A stretch of 8,156 nucleotides of DNA, from the NCBI GenBank assembly GCA_043228905.1, contig JBHGNT010001458.1, forward strand, positions 1-8,156, given 5' to 3'. Of this stretch, positions 6,470-8,156 are shown piece after piece. The notes below the pieces were generated by a model that saw only the letters and a program-made list of their open reading frames with translations, was not told the origin of the DNA and made no database searches. This stretch comes from Azolla caroliniana. Taxonomy: Eukaryota; Plantae; Polypodiophyta. Within the stretch, counting starts at the first letter, position 1, and each line of letters starts with the position of its first letter. The position numbers and the translations under genes were made by a program.

Positions 6470-7320
6470 TGTCCTCCATGACGATAATATCTCGACTCCG
6501 GAAAATCTTCTTGTCGACCGGATCCCACACTCGGTAGCCGAACTCATCATCGCCGTATCCGAGGAATATGCAAGGCCGGAACTTTGGATCCAGCTTTCCA
6601 CTCCTGTCCTTTGCAACATGCACGTCAGCGAGGCACCCGAAAACCTTCAGATGCCGGTAAGACACTTCCTTATTGGTCCACACTCTCTACGGCGTGTCTC
6701 CGTCCAAGGGCATTGAGGGTGATCTATTTATCACGTACGTCGTTGTTGCCAGCGCCTCAGCCCAAAACGTCTTGGGTAGCTTTGCATGTGCTAGCATACT
6801 CCAGACCCTCTCCATTATAGTCCAGTTCATCCTCTCGGCTAGCCCATTGAGTTCCGGTGACTTCGGCACGGTAAATTCGAGCCAGATTCCCTTCGAGCGG
6901 TAGTACTCTTCGAACTACCCCGGTATTCTCCTCCGTTATTTGCTCGAACCGCCTTCAGGTTCTAGCCGGTTTCTCTTTCCACTCTTGCGTGGAGCTCCTT
7001 GAAGACGGATAAAACCTGATCCTTCATCTTCAACGGTGTGGCCCACAGCTTCCGGCTGTGGTTGTCTATGAACGTCACAAAGTACTACGATCCGGCATGT
7101 GACTTCGTGTCCACTTGACACACATCGGTATGCACCAGCTCTAGTGGTGCATTATGTCTCATCGGTGACCTTGATCAAAAGGAGATCCGGTTTTGCTTAC
7201 CGGCCAGGCAGTCGGTGCATTTCTCAAGTTGCACGTTCTTTACCAGGATGAGGTTGTCTTCGGCAACCCTCTTCATCCCCTTCACCCTCATATGACATAG
7301 TGTCTTGTGCCACAGCTCAT
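6470..7320 (-). pseudogene. pol: Copia integrase (HHCC, DDE core, SH3-like C-terminus)
   Basis: LWHKTLCHM...CTDCLAGKQ, LELVHTDVC, FVTFIDNHSRK, AVRANNGGEY (second catalytic D changed to N), PELNGLAERMN, FWAEALATTTYVINRSP, KLDPKFRPCIFLGY. Confidence 0.93.
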
Positions 7321-7419
7321 CGGCAGTGTCGGATGCCACGTTCACTTCTTCCGGGCATAATCGAGCATTCATCAAGTACAACATGTTGACTTTCTAGGCC
7401 CACGTCACTATTAGACTCC

Positions 7420-8156
7420 CTTTGCTGAATTTCATGACACCATTCCGGATGCTACTCGTGTAGCCTTCATCATCTAGGCGACCGATTGATATCAGGTTCA
7501 GTTGAACCTCCGAAACATGTCGGATATCCTTCAACAACAGCTTACATCCGGTTGGTGTTGTCAACCACACGTCTCTTATGCTGACAATTCGGCATGTACC
7601 TTCATTCCACATCCGGACACAACCGTGCTCACCGGCTATGTAGGATGAGAAGCATTTCCGGTCCAGGGTGAGGTGGAACGATGCTCTGGAGTCAACTACC
7701 CACGTTGCCTTGTCGCTGGCAAGGTTCAACTCACTCTCCTCGGTGATGAACATCAACTCTTCTTCAATTGTCGTGATTGCCGTCGTTCTCTTCTGGTCCG
7801 GTCACCTCCGGTCCGGTGTCCACTTTGAATCGGTACTATTGGTTTCCTTATCTTTTCGGAAGTGCCAACAGTTCTTCTAGAAGTTTCCCGGCTTGCCGCA
7901 ATAGAAGCAAGCAGGCCTCCCCCTTGACTTTGACCGTGTCCCCGACTTTTCCCGGTTCTGGGGACTCCGGTTCCTTTGTCTTTCGCGTTGCGATTCGGTA
8001 AGGAGCGCTTTGGAGTCAGAGCTCGTATCCTTTTCTTTCCGATGTGCCTCCTCATCTAGCAAGCTCGACTTGACTCTTGCCAGGGATAACTATTTTCCTT
8101 CCGGCCCGGCGTTGCCCAAAGTGACAACTAACGTCTCCCAACTATCTGGAAGGGAA
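7420..8156 (-). pseudogene. Copia gag C-terminus with zinc knuckle, and protease
   Basis: LPDSWETLVVTLGNAG...VKSSLLDEEAHRK; CFYCGKPGNF*KNC (7909-7868, His changed to Asn); WVVDSRASFHLT (Asp 7693-7691); NLISIGRLDDEGY. Confidence 0.92.

Larger units (their letters stand above)
4735..8156 (-). mobile_element. Decayed Ty1/Copia retrotransposon internal region (Tnt1/Tto1, Tork-like); truncated in RNase H, 5' end outside the window
   Basis: Copia domain order gag-PR-IN-RT-RH. One reading frame from the right edge to ~6919, one 1-nt frameshift, then one frame to ~4735. Many in-frame stops (e.g. 5385, 5916, 6453, 6687, 7175, 7394, 7877). Lineage call is from motif recognition. Confidence 0.96.

Noticed and set aside
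4849-6903. Plus-strand ORFs such as 5779-6387, 6282-6716 and 4849-5214
   Set aside because: Antisense shadows of Copia pol with no independent motifs.

Overview
Eukaryotic, most likely land-plant, transposon-dense DNA; I find no intact host gene. It holds three decayed LTR retrotransposons and a spacer. (1) Ty3/Gypsy element A lies on the minus strand (5' LTR 1571-2027, gag 1543->463, protease running off the left edge). (2) A ~1 kb purine-rich spacer (2028-3013) may be the 3' end of an older element. (3) A related but divergent Gypsy element B lies on the plus strand (5' LTR 3014-3473, gag ~3512-4435, protease to ~4706), head-to-head with A. (4) A Tnt1/Tto1 (Tork)-like Ty1/Copia gag-pol on the minus strand (~4735 to beyond 8156) is joined to B's protease through ~30 nt of palindromic filler, with no LTR at the junction. 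All coding regions carry stops and frameshifts. The main interest is non-coding architecture shared by the two Gypsy elements even though their LTRs show no obvious overall similarity by eye: an antisense tRNA-like Pol III A-box/B-box module near the 5' end of each LTR, a U3 hairpin upstream of the TATA box, a Tf1-type self-priming site instead of a tRNA PBS (clear in A, weak in B), and an identically spaced -1 frameshift heptamer plus pseudoknot at the gag-pol junction. LTR A also has a perfect four-unit heat-shock element. All analysis was by hand; lineage, host and novelty are inferences that need database checks.
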